The position numbers were made by a program, and so were the translations under genes. From Chthoniobacteraceae bacterium (GTDB lineage Bacteria > Verrucomicrobiota > Verrucomicrobiia > Chthoniobacterales > Chthoniobacteraceae): 64,000 nt of DNA. The DNA lies in contig JBEBGD010000017.1 in the NCBI GenBank assembly GCA_040081625.1, positions 1 through 64,000 on the forward strand, in the 5' to 3' direction. Below, in pieces: positions 30,978-40,181 of the stretch. A model generated the notes under the pieces. It had not been told where the DNA came from. It made no database searches and saw only the letters and a list, made by a program, of their open reading frames with translations. The stretch's first letter is position 1. Each line of letters starts with the position of its first letter.

Positions 30978-32564
30978 GTGATCCAAAAACTTACCGACAA
31001 ACTTATCTCCATGACCGAACGCGTAAAACGCATGATCGGCCTGGCCCCGCGCCAGACCGGAAACAAAATCATCATCAACTGCGAAAAGCTCGAGAAGCGC
31101 GTGGCGCTGCTCGAAAACGGAGTGCTCGAGGAATACACCATCGAGCGACCGAGCGACCGCAACATCGTAGGCAGCATCTACAAGGGCCGCGTCAAAAACA
31201 TCGAGCACGGCCTCAAGGCCATGTTCGTCGATATCGGCTACGAGAAGAATGCCTTCCTCCATTTCTGGGATGCCCTCCCTTCCGCACTCGACAGCGGCAT
31301 CGAGGAAGTCGAGCGCAAGGACAAGAAAGCCGCGAAGAAGATCAGCTCGAAAGACATCCCCGACATCTATCCCGTCGGCAGCGAAGTCCTCGTGCAAGTG
31401 ACCAAGGGCCCCATCAGCACCAAGGGCCCGCGCATCACCACGAACATCTCGCTCGCGGGCCGCTTCCTCGTGCTCATGCCTTACAGCGAGCAGAGCGGCA
31501 TCTCGCGCAAGATCGAGAGCCCGAAAGAGCGCGACCGGCTGCGCAAAATCCTGCGCGACCTCAACGTGCCCGAGGGCATCGGCGTCATCATCCGCACCGT
31601 CGGCGAAGGCCAGAAGGCGCGCGACCTCGCCTACCTGCTCGAGCAATGGCGCAGCATCGAGGAGGCGATGAAGAAGCCCGACAAAGTCGCCTGCGTCTTC
31701 CAGGAGCCCGACCTCATCGAGCGCACCGTGCGCGACTTCCTCACCGACGAGATCGACGAAATCCTCTGCGACGACGAAGCCGCCGCCAAGCGCATGATGG
31801 ACATCTGCGGCCAGATCTCGAAGCGCTCGCGCAGCAAGATCAAGCACTACACCGAGCCCCAGCCGATCTTCGAGAAATACGGCATCAAGAAGCAGATCGA
31901 CGACAGCTTCCACCGCCAGGTCTGGCTGCCGTGCGGCGGCTACATCGTCATCGACGAGACCGAGGCGCTCGTGGCCATCGACGTGAACACCGGCCGCAAC
32001 AAAGGCTCCAAGGACCTCGACAAGACCATCCTCCAGACCAACCTCGAGGCCGCCGACGAGATGAGCCGGCAGATGCGCCTGCGCAACATCGGCGGCATCA
32101 TCATCGGCGACTTCATCGACATGAAGGGCCGCCGCGACCAGCAGCAGGTCTATCAGCGGATGAAAGAGCGAATGCGCCGCGACAAGGCCAAGACGCACAT
32201 CCTCCCGATCAGCGCACTCGGCCTCATGGAGATGACCCGCCAGCGCGCCGCCGAGTCGCTGCACGCGACCGTCTATGAGCCGTGCCCGTATTGCGGCGGC
32301 CGCGGCCGGATCAAGAGCAGCATGAGCATGAGCGTCGAGCTCCAGCGCGCGCTGCACCAGTTGCTCCGCTCGAATCCCGAGGTCCACGAAGTCAAAGTCA
32401 TCGTCCACCCGCACCTGCTCAACCGCCTCAAGACCGAGGACGACGAACTGCTCGTCGAGATCGAGCGCCGCTACGAAGGCCGCCTGTCCTTCCGCAGCGA
32501 TCCCACGCTCCACCACGAGAAATTTACCGTCCTCAACGCCTTGACCAACCAGGAGCTGAAGTAA
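30978..32564 (+). CDS. rng: Rne/Rng family ribonuclease
   Basis: GSIYKGRV; AMFVDIG; QVTKGPISTKGPRIT; AIDVNTG; LRNIGGIIIGDFIDM; CPYCGGRG. Confidence 0.93.
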   Translation: MIQKLTDKLISMTERVKRMIGLAPRQTGNKIIINCEKLEKRVALLENGVLEEYTIERPSDRNIVGSIYKGRVKNIEHGLKAMFVDIGYEKNAFLHFWDALPSALDSGIEEVERKDKKAAKKISSKDIPDIYPVGSEVLVQVTKGPISTKGPRITTNISLAGRFLVLMPYSEQSGISRKIESPKERDRLRKILRDLNVPEGIGVIIRTVGEGQKARDLAYLLEQWRSIEEAMKKPDKVACVFQEPDLIERTVRDFLTDEIDEILCDDEAAAKRMMDICGQISKRSRSKIKHYTEPQPIFEKYGIKKQIDDSFHRQVWLPCGGYIVIDETEALVAIDVNTGRNKGSKDLDKTILQTNLEAADEMSRQMRLRNIGGIIIGDFIDMKGRRDQQQVYQRMKERMRRDKAKTHILPISALGLMEMTRQRAAESLHATVYEPCPYCGGRGRIKSSMSMSVELQRALHQLLRSNPEVHEVKVIVHPHLLNRLKTEDDELLVEIERRYEGRLSFRSDPTLHHEKFTVLNALTNQELK

Positions 32565-32578
32565 CGAGCCGCGGCGGT

Positions 32579-32596
32579 TGTTACAGGAATGTCACA
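32579..32596 (+). promoter_or_regulatory. Pho box
   Basis: TGTTACA-GGAA-TGTCACA: two half-sites with 11-bp periodicity, 50 nt upstream of the phoB-like start. Confidence 0.72.
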
Positions 32597-32645
32597 GCCG
32601 CCGCCTTGCCGCGCGCCGGGCGATTCCGAAGGTCCGCGGCTCACA

Positions 32646-33344
32646 ATGACCGCCAAAACCGCCAGCAAAAAAATCCTCATCGCGGATGACGAAGCGGACG
32701 TCTTGAACCTCCTCGCGATGAGTCTTAAGACCGCGGGCTACCAGGTGCTCGCGTGCGATGACGGCGAGTCGGCGCTCGATTCCGCGCGGCGCGCATTGCC
32801 CAGCCTCGTCGTGCTCGACTTGATGCTGCCCGGCATGAGCGGCCTCGAGGTCTGCCGCGCGCTCAAGTCCGAGCCGGCGACCAGGGCCATCCCCGTCATC
32901 ATGCTCACGGCGAAGGCTGAGGAAATCGATCGCATCGTCGGGCTCGAACTCGGCGCCGATGACTACGTGACCAAGCCTTTCAGCCCGCGCGAACTCGTGC
33001 TGCGCATCCGCTCGATCCTGCGCCGTTCCGAGACTCGCAGCGAGCCGGCGGACGTGCTGCGGCATGGCGAGATCCAGGTCGATCGCTCGCGCTACGAGGT
33101 GCTCGTGAAGGGCAGGCCGATCGAGTTCACCGCGACCGAGTTCAAGCTGCTCACCGTCCTCATGGAACGCCGCGGCCGCGTCCAAAGCCGCGACACCCTG
33201 CTCAACGACGTGTGGGGCTACGAGAACCTCATCGACACACGCACCGTCGATACCCACATCCGCCGCCTGCGCGAAAAGCTCGGCAAAGCCGCCGACTGCA
33301 TCGAGACCATCCGCGGCTTCGGCTACCGGATGATCGACGCGTGA
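32646..33344 (+). CDS. phoB: OmpR-family response regulator, PhoB-like
   Basis: ILIADDE; LDLMLPGMSG; GADDYVTKPFSPRELV; RTVDTHIRRLREKL; upstream Pho box. Confidence 0.85.
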   Translation: MTAKTASKKILIADDEADVLNLLAMSLKTAGYQVLACDDGESALDSARRALPSLVVLDLMLPGMSGLEVCRALKSEPATRAIPVIMLTAKAEEIDRIVGLELGADDYVTKPFSPRELVLRIRSILRRSETRSEPADVLRHGEIQVDRSRYEVLVKGRPIEFTATEFKLLTVLMERRGRVQSRDTLLNDVWGYENLIDTRTVDTHIRRLREKLGKAADCIETIRGFGYRMIDA

Positions 33345-34555
33345 TGGGCTGGCTCGCCGCCTTGCTCGTGGCTGCGGTGCTCGGCGGCTGGCTGTGGCGC
33401 GAGCGCCGGCAGCTCCGGCGTGCGGAGCGCGAACACGCCCGGCTCACGCGCGAGCTTCACGAGGTCCGCCTCAGCCGCGACGCCGAGGCCGCGCATCTCA
33501 CGACCATCCTCGTCGGCATGAGTGAAGGCGTGCTCGTCGTGGACGGCGCGCACGTCGTGCGGATGGCGAATCCATCGTCGCGCGAACTGCTCGATCTCCG
33601 CACCGACCCCGTCGGCAAGACGGTGCTGCACGCGATCCGTGCGGTCGAACTCGACGAACTCGTGACCGCCACCTTCGCCGAGCACAAGCCGCACGAGACC
33701 GGGCTTTCGCTCGCGCACCTCAAGCCGCCGCGCCACCTCGCGCTCGATGCGACGACGATCCACACCGAGTCCGGCGAAGATCGCGTGCTCGTCATCTGCC
33801 GCGACGTGACACGGCTCAGGCAGCTCGAGGACGTGCGGCGCGAGTTCGTGGCGAACGTCTCGCACGAGTTGCGCACGCCGCTCGCGATCTTCCAGGGCTA
33901 CCTCGAGAACCTCATCGATCATCCCGATCTCCCGCGCCCCGAGTTGGTCGATGTCCTCGCCATCCTCAATCGCCACTCCACGCGCTTGAACGCGCTCGTG
34001 GAAGATCTGCTCGTGCTCGCGCGCCTCGAATCGTCCGCGGACACGTTGACCATCGAGCCCGTCGAGCCGCGCCGACTCGTCGAGGAGGTCGTCGCCGACT
34101 GGAAGCTGCGGGCCGCGGGCAAGCAGGTGCGGATCGAGTGCAGCGGCGAGGCGCCGGAGTGCGAAGCCGACCCCATGCGCATCGGCCAGGTGCTCACCAT
34201 CCTCGTGGACAACGCGTTCAAATACACCGACGCCGGCGGCTGCGTGCGCGTGTCCGTGGCGCCTTGCGCCGATGGCGTCGAGTTTCGCGTCTTCGATACC
34301 GGCGCCGGCATCCCGCCACAGGACCTGCCGCGCATCTTCGAGCGCTTCTATCGCGCCGACAAAGCGCGCAGCCGCGAGCACGGCGGCACGGGCCTCGGCC
34401 TTTCGATCGCCAAGCACATCGTGCAGCAACACGGCGGCACGATCCGCGTCGAGAGCACCTACGGCAAAGGCACGACCGTGGTCCTCACGCTGCCGCTCAG
34501 CCAAGCAGATGCTCGATCACCATCTGATCGAGCGCCTGGTAGTGACGCTGCTTGA
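33344..34555 (+). CDS. phoR: PhoR-like sensor histidine kinase
   Basis: TM + PAS; EFVANVSHELRTPL; N box DNAFKYT; ERFYRADKARSR; GGTGLGLSIAKH. Confidence 0.87.
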   Translation: MGWLAALLVAAVLGGWLWRERRQLRRAEREHARLTRELHEVRLSRDAEAAHLTTILVGMSEGVLVVDGAHVVRMANPSSRELLDLRTDPVGKTVLHAIRAVELDELVTATFAEHKPHETGLSLAHLKPPRHLALDATTIHTESGEDRVLVICRDVTRLRQLEDVRREFVANVSHELRTPLAIFQGYLENLIDHPDLPRPELVDVLAILNRHSTRLNALVEDLLVLARLESSADTLTIEPVEPRRLVEEVVADWKLRAAGKQVRIECSGEAPECEADPMRIGQVLTILVDNAFKYTDAGGCVRVSVAPCADGVEFRVFDTGAGIPPQDLPRIFERFYRADKARSREHGGTGLGLSIAKHIVQQHGGTIRVESTYGKGTTVVLTLPLSQADARSPSDRAPGSDAA

Positions 34556-35528
34556 TCAGCGCCGCGGCGCCCTTCTCGTCGAAGCTGCGCACCTTCTCGA
34601 CGAGACGCAGGAACGTGGCGCGGCTGTTCGTGAGGTGATCCATCCAGTGCTCCTCGCGCGTGGTGCGGAAGGGATGCACGTCGAAGCAGACATACTCGCC
34701 GCGCTTGCCGTAGCCGTTGCGCTCGAGCGCGCGGACTTGATCGAACGCGCTGCGCAGGTTCGTGCAGCCGAAGGGACGGTCCTGGTCGAATTTGAGGCCG
34801 TTCTGGTCGTTGAGGTGCAGGCTCCACAGCTTCCCGAAGGCGCAGGCGAAATCGATTTCGTCCGATGGATCGAGGCCCGCGAGGATCGCGTGCGCGCTCT
34901 CGATCAGACAGCCGACGCGCTCAGAGTCGCGAGTGAGTTGCGCGAGCGCGAGCGCGTGGCCGATGGTGGGAATGTAGGCGTGATCCATCGGCTCGTTCGG
35001 TTTCGGCTCGATCGCGATCCGGATTTTTTTGTCGTGCGCGAGCATCGCGTCGAGTGCCTCGACGAGGTAGTCCATGGACTGCCGCCCACTCTTCGCCTCG
35101 CGGATGTAGGTGCCCTCGCGAGCCAGCCACAGCACGAGGATGTCGGTGCCGAGGATCTTCGCGATGTCGATGCTCCGTTTGCTGCGCTCGATCGCGTAGC
35201 GGCGTTGCTTCGCGTCGTTGCTCGTGTAGCCGCCATCGATCGTCTCCGGCGCGAACCACAGCCGCGGCGCGACCATTTCCGCGACGATGCCCTCGCCATC
35301 GAGCCGCTTCTTCAGGGCTTTCGCCTCCTTCGCGATTTGCGGCCACGACTTGCAGTCGATGTCCGGCACGGCGTCGTCGTCGTGAAACATCATCGCCTCA
35401 AAGCCATGTTCCTTGAGCTGCGCGAGCTTCCAGTCGAAGCCGCGGTCGATGCGCGTGATCGGGCCGTAGGGATCCTGGCCGGGGCTGATGTTCCAGGGGC
35501 CGAAGCAGAAGCGGTATTTGGTGGGCAT
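34497..35528 (-). CDS. xylA: Xylose isomerase-like TIM-barrel enzyme
   Basis: FGPWN; GQDPYG; FHDDD; W..REG; IEPKPNEP; HLNDQ; FDQD. Confidence 0.78.
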   Translation of the reverse strand: MPTKYRFCFGPWNISPGQDPYGPITRIDRGFDWKLAQLKEHGFEAMMFHDDDAVPDIDCKSWPQIAKEAKALKKRLDGEGIVAEMVAPRLWFAPETIDGGYTSNDAKQRRYAIERSKRSIDIAKILGTDILVLWLAREGTYIREAKSGRQSMDYLVEALDAMLAHDKKIRIAIEPKPNEPMDHAYIPTIGHALALAQLTRDSERVGCLIESAHAILAGLDPSDEIDFACAFGKLWSLHLNDQNGLKFDQDRPFGCTNLRSAFDQVRALERNGYGKRGEYVCFDVHPFRTTREEHWMDHLTNSRATFLRLVEKVRSFDEKGAAALIKQRHYQALDQMVIEHLLG

Positions 35529-35593
35529 GGTGGTGAGGAAGTTGTTGTCGAGGTGCGGGTGCTTCGCTTACCAGAGCCGCCCATTCCACCGCC

Positions 35594-35893
35594 ATGTTTT
35601 CTCACATCGTAATTTTCTGGACCGACCCCGCCAACCCGAACGCCGCCGATCAGCTCGTCGCCGGCGTGGAAAAATACCTGCGCCCGATTCCGCTGCCGTT
35701 GCACTTCCACTGCGGCCGCATGGCCACGAGCCCGCGCACCGATGTAGTGGACCAGAGCTATCAGGTCGCGCTGAATTTCACCTTCAACTCGAAGGCCGAC
35801 CAGGACGCCTACCAGGTCCATCCGCTGCACCTCGATTTCGTCGAGAACTGCAAGGCGCTGTGGAAGCGCGTGGTCGTTTACGATTTCGAGTAG
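35594..35893 (+). CDS. Dabb family stress-responsive A/B barrel protein
   Basis: HIVIFW; F.SKADQDAYQVHPLH; VVYDF. Confidence 0.88.
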   Translation: MFSHIVIFWTDPANPNAADQLVAGVEKYLRPIPLPLHFHCGRMATSPRTDVVDQSYQVALNFTFNSKADQDAYQVHPLHLDFVENCKALWKRVVVYDFE

Positions 35894-35896
35894 GCG

Positions 35897-36910
35897 CTAT
35901 CGGCCGGTCTTCTCGAACACCCACCGCAGCCCACGCTCGAGACGCTCGACCATGTGATCGCCGTGGTGCCCGGGCGCTTCGTAGAAGATCACCGGCGACG
36001 GACGCTCACGCATCGCCTCGAAGATTTTCTTTGCACCGATGTTCGCGCCGAATTCGTCGAACTGCGCGCCGTCGAGATACACGGCCTGCTTGGGTGAAAA
36101 TGCGTCCGTCTTCCGGCGCACAATCGTGAGCGGATCGGCATCGATCCAGCGCTGCCACACATCGGCGCGCCAGCGACCCTCGGCGTCGTAGAGCCACTCG
36201 AACCGGCCCGGACCACTCGGCGTGTAGTTCGCGCAGAGGCCGAGGACGAGTTCCGCGAGACCGCCGGGCAACTGCTGACGACCGCGCGGCGCCATCGCAG
36301 CGGCGAGTTCCGCGGGCGTGAGCCGCTGCACCGCGGGCTGCTGCACCAGTGGCTTATGCGTGACTTCGAAATCGCTGTCCGGCGAGAGCGCGATGGCGGC
36401 GGAGAAGATTTCCGGCCGATCCATCGCGAGGCGGAGCGCGCCGTAGCCGCCGCTCGAGTGCCCCGCGATCCAGCAGCGACCCGGCGGCCACGGATGATCC
36501 TTCGCGAGCGCGCCCACGATTTCATCCGCCACGAAGTCCGCGTAGCGGCCCGTCGCGGCTGAGTTCACGAATTGGCTCCCGCCGTATCGCGAGCGTCCAT
36601 CGACCACCGCGATGCGCAGCGGCAGTCCGTCCTTCGCGAGCTGCGCGACGAGCCGCTCGAAGCCCACGTCGCCGCCGGGCGCGAGAAAGTTTTCCGACGA
36701 ACTCCCCCACCCCGGCAGATACACGACCATCGGCAGCGCCTTCTCCCGTCCGGCGCTCTCCGGCGAAAAGATCGCGACGCGCCGCTGCGTGCGATCGCCG
36801 AGCGGATTGTCCGCGAGCACGCGCGACTCGATGACGAGAGCCTCCGGTTGCGTCGCGCGCGAGCACGAGACAAGCAGCGAGCAACCGGCAAGGAGCAGCG
36901 GGCGGAACAT
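35897..36910 (-). CDS. Putative esterase (Fes/enterochelin esterase-like alpha/beta hydrolase), lipoprotein
   Basis: Lipobox LVSC; DNPLGD; VYLPG; YGGSQFVNS; GHSSGGYGAL nucleophile elbow. Confidence 0.8.
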   Translation of the reverse strand: MFRPLLLAGCSLLVSCSRATQPEALVIESRVLADNPLGDRTQRRVAIFSPESAGREKALPMVVYLPGWGSSSENFLAPGGDVGFERLVAQLAKDGLPLRIAVVDGRSRYGGSQFVNSAATGRYADFVADEIVGALAKDHPWPPGRCWIAGHSSGGYGALRLAMDRPEIFSAAIALSPDSDFEVTHKPLVQQPAVQRLTPAELAAAMAPRGRQQLPGGLAELVLGLCANYTPSGPGRFEWLYDAEGRWRADVWQRWIDADPLTIVRRKTDAFSPKQAVYLDGAQFDEFGANIGAKKIFEAMRERPSPVIFYEAPGHHGDHMVERLERGLRWVFEKTGR

Positions 36911-36950
36911 GGTCGCGCACCTACTCAACGCACGGGTTCACCGCAAGCCG

Positions 36951-38696
36951 TCAGCGTCTCGCCTGCGCGGACGCGCGGAGGTCGAATGCGGCGAGGTCGC
37001 CGGCATTTGTGCGAACGTAGAGGCGGCCATTTGCGAGCGTGGGCGTGGCGTAGCACCGGCCTTCCACGGCCTTGAATCGCGCACCCGGCTTCAGCTCGGC
37101 AATGCTCGTGGGCGCGATGACGACTTCGCCGTCGCGCGTGAGGAAGAGCCAGTGCCCATCGGCGAGGATGAAGGTGCTCGTCGGCACCGCGTCGCTGACC
37201 CAGCGGCTCACGCCGGTCGCGGCATCGACACACGTGAACTCGTGATGGCCCCGGCGTTTTTCGTTGAAGGCGAAGAGGCAGCCGTCGTGCGGGATCGCGG
37301 TGTTGAAGAGCAGCGCGAACTGCTTGTGCGTCCATGCGGCGCGGACATTCGTCGCGGCGCCAGCGTCCCAGTCGAGCAGCGCGGCCTCGTCGGTGCCGGT
37401 GTTGCTCACGAGGATGCGGTGGGCGACAAAGACGGGCGTGACCGTGTTGGTGAAATCGCGCGCGGTGGTGCGGTGCGACCACACCACACGGCCATCGCGC
37501 GGATCGAAGACGTCGAGCGCCTCGCCCTTGAACATCGCGACGTAACGCCGCCCGTCGCACGTGAAGCCGCGCGCGGAGCTGTAGCCCGCTTCGCCGGTGC
37601 CGGACTTCCACCGCACCTCGCCGGTCGCGGCATCGAGCGCGGCGGTCGAGCCGGTCTTCCCCGGCGCGGCGCCGAGATCGACGAAGACCGTGCCGCCCTC
37701 GACGAGAGGGCTCTGCGCGTAACCATAGACGGGGCGTTTGCCGCCGAGATCGGCGACGAGATTTTTCCGCCACGCGAGCTTGCCGGTGTTTGTCTCGATG
37801 CACACGAGGTCGCCCTCGCGTGTGAGCGCGAAGATGTGCATTTCCACGACCGTCGGCGTCGCGCCGGGGCCGTTCGGGACGATCGGCATTGCGTGCGCGG
37901 CCGTGGCGCACGCGATCGAGTGTTTCCACAGCTCCTCACCCGTCGCGGCGTCGAGCGCGAAGAGGTTCTCCGTGTCCTCGCCGTCGTTGCCTTGCGTGAA
38001 AAGCCGGCCATCGACGACGACGCTCGAACTCATCCCCTCGCCCACCTTCACGCGCCAGAGCGAGCGCGGTCCCCCGGCGGGCCAGTCCTTGCGCCAGCCG
38101 GCCTCGCTCGAGATGCCGTCGCGATTCGCTCCCCGCCATTGCGGCCACGACGCACCACCACTCGGCTCGCTCGGCGCTTTCACATCCTTCGCCGCGGTGC
38201 CCGTCGGTGCTGGCGCAATCGCAGCGGTCGCGGGTTTGGCGTCGAGATCGACGAGTTCGAGCTCGGGAATCTGGCCCTTGCGGCTCGATCCGCCGACGGC
38301 GACGAGGCGCTGGACGGCGAGCGGGAGCAGGCGGTGGAAGAAGCGGGGCTTTGCGAGTTTGCCGATCTCTTCCCAGCTTTGTTGATCGGCACTGAGCGCG
38401 TGGATTTTCCCCGAGAGCGGGCTGGCGAGCAGCTCGCCCTTCGCCGCGCACGCGGCCATGCCGAAGCCGGCGAGCGAGCCGTCCGGCAGCAGCGGGCCCC
38501 GGCCCCATGCGCCGGTCGCCGGCTCGAACCAATCGACGCGGCGCGACGGATCGTCGTCGTTTTCCATGCCGCCGAGAAACCAGATGCGCTCGCCCAGCGC
38601 GACGGCCGCGAGTGCGCGGCGCTTGAACGGCTGCGGGATCGTGGTCCAGCCTTTTTCCGGCGCGCGAAGGTCGATCGTCAGGCCGGAGGTTTGCAG
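36951..38696 (-). pseudogene. 5'-truncated Kelch-repeat + PQQ-like beta-propeller protein
   Basis: Kelch-like sequence (QPFKRRALAAVALGERIWFLGG) extends upstream of ATG 38567 to about 38696, with no signal peptide or canonical start before the in-frame TAA at 38754; C-terminal WPQWRGANRDG PQQ-propeller domain. Confidence 0.7.
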
Positions 38697-38753
38697 ACCC
38701 GGTGAACCGTCCCGGAACCGCCTCCGCGCGCGGCAAATTCGAGGGCCAGGAAG

Positions 38754-39241
38754 TTAAGGTGTCGTGAGTGTGAAATCGGAATCGTCGGTCTCGGCGGCCT
38801 GGTTCGACCAGCGGCGCATGTCGCTGAGTTGCTGGAAATCCAGCAGCTCGACATGTCCATCGAGCATCGCGGTGATCGCACGGTCGTCGTAGCGAAAATC
38901 GACCTGTCCGAACATCGTCGCAGGGGCGCCGCGTTGGTATTTGCGCGGCCAGCGGCGCGCGGTCAGGCTCGGCGCTTCGACCTTGAAATAGCCGGGCACG
39001 CGCTCGCCGTCGCTCTCGAAACACGCGGACGCGAATACCACGAGTGTCTGCGGGCGCACCGCTTCGCCGAGCCGCGTGACGCAGAAGTCGCCGTAGGCAT
39101 TGAGCGCGCGCGGATTCTCCGGGTTGAAGGAGCCATAGTCGCCGCCGACGAAGACGGTGTTCATGCCGAAGGCCGGTGAGACGCTGACGGCATAGACCCA
39201 CTCAGCGTGCTCGCGCTCGCGATCGCGGCGCAGCCGGTCGC
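38754..39241 (-). pseudogene. C-terminal remnant of a prepilin/type II secretion pseudopilin-like protein (H-X9-DG family)
   Basis: ..YAVSVSPAFGMN..VVFASA..VDFRYDDRAITAMLDGHVE..DMRRWSN; no N-terminal G-F-T-L-I-E region. Confidence 0.62.
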
Positions 39242-40102
39242 GTAGCCGACCGCGAACGCCGCCTCGGTCACGTTGTGCGTGCCGGCGCGCAGCAGCTCCG
39301 CCGCGCGTTCCATCCGCACGCGACGGAGGAACTGCGGGATCGTCATCCCCGTCTGCGCCGAGAAAGTGCGGCTGAGATAAAACTGGCTCACGCCGACTTC
39401 GCGCCCGAGCGCGTCGAGCGATGGCGGATTCTCGAGCTGCGACGTGAGCAGTTCTTTCACGCGCTCGACGCGCTCGTGCGCGAGCCGCTTCTGCCGTTCG
39501 CAAAACATCTCCGGCGCCGGCGCGAACAAAAACTCCGCGATAAGTTCGAGCACCTTGCTTTGAAACCACAACGGCAGCGCCGTCTGCGCCACCGGTGGCT
39601 GCGAGAGCCGCGAGGCGAGTTGCTCATGCGCGAGCGTGAGCGCCCGCGGCCCGCCGATGCCGCTGCGCGGACGTGCCGCGAGCGCGCCGGTGCGCACGAT
39701 GTCGTCGAGCGCGCGCTCGGCGCCAGCGACCTGCCGAGCGAGGAAATCGCGCTGCAACTCCAGCGTCAGAAAGTGGTGCCGCTCGCCCTTCGCACGACGA
39801 GCGACGAGCGGCTCGCGAGCGTGCGCGTAAGCGACCGCGGTGCCCGGCTTCACCACCACCAGTTCGCTACCGCAGCGCACTTCGCCGGTGCCAGCGAGGT
39901 TCAGGCACAGTTCCAGGCTCTCCGGGTGAAAGCTGCGGCTCCAGTCCAGCTCCCCATCCGTCTGAAACTGGTGCTGCTCGATGCTGAACCCCAGCGATCC
40001 GAAGCCGCCGAAGAGCAGCCGCCAACCCGGGCGCACGTCGTCCCATGCGCCACCTTCGGGCGAGGCAGGTTGAGTAGGAATCAATGCGACGGCGGCAGGC
40101 AC
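39161..40102 (-). pseudogene. AraC-family regulator (PchR/YbtA-like), C-terminally truncated
   Basis: Similarity runs through PPSLDALGREVGVSQFYLSRTF..RMERAAELL..NVTEAAFAVGY and stops at about 39242, before the usual S..SHF...F helix of the second HTH. Confidence 0.72.
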
Positions 40103-40119
40103 GGCGCGAATGGTTCCTT

Positions 40120-40138
40120 ATTGCGACTGAATCGCAAC
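40120..40138. promoter_or_regulatory. Fur-like palindromic operator
   Basis: A-TTGCGA-CTGAA-TCGCAA-C perfect 6-5-6 palindrome just upstream of the AraC gene, between divergent genes. Confidence 0.6.
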
Positions 40139-40181
40139 TTGTTCTTTTCCTTCTTGCCGCGAGCGTGCGCGCCCTTTCCCG

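Noticed and set aside
28656..32516. 1286-aa minus-strand ORF
   Set aside because: Antisense to mrdA and rng; reflects their strong codon bias.
34497..34555. 3' overlaps of convergent genes (phoR/xylA; also 41050-41069 and 45798-45818)
   Set aside because: Short tail-to-tail overlaps are common in GC-rich genomes.
38754..39569. 271-aa ORF as an intact gene
   Set aside because: Its N-terminal part is an alternative frame of the AraC gene; only the portion below about 39241 looks like real protein.
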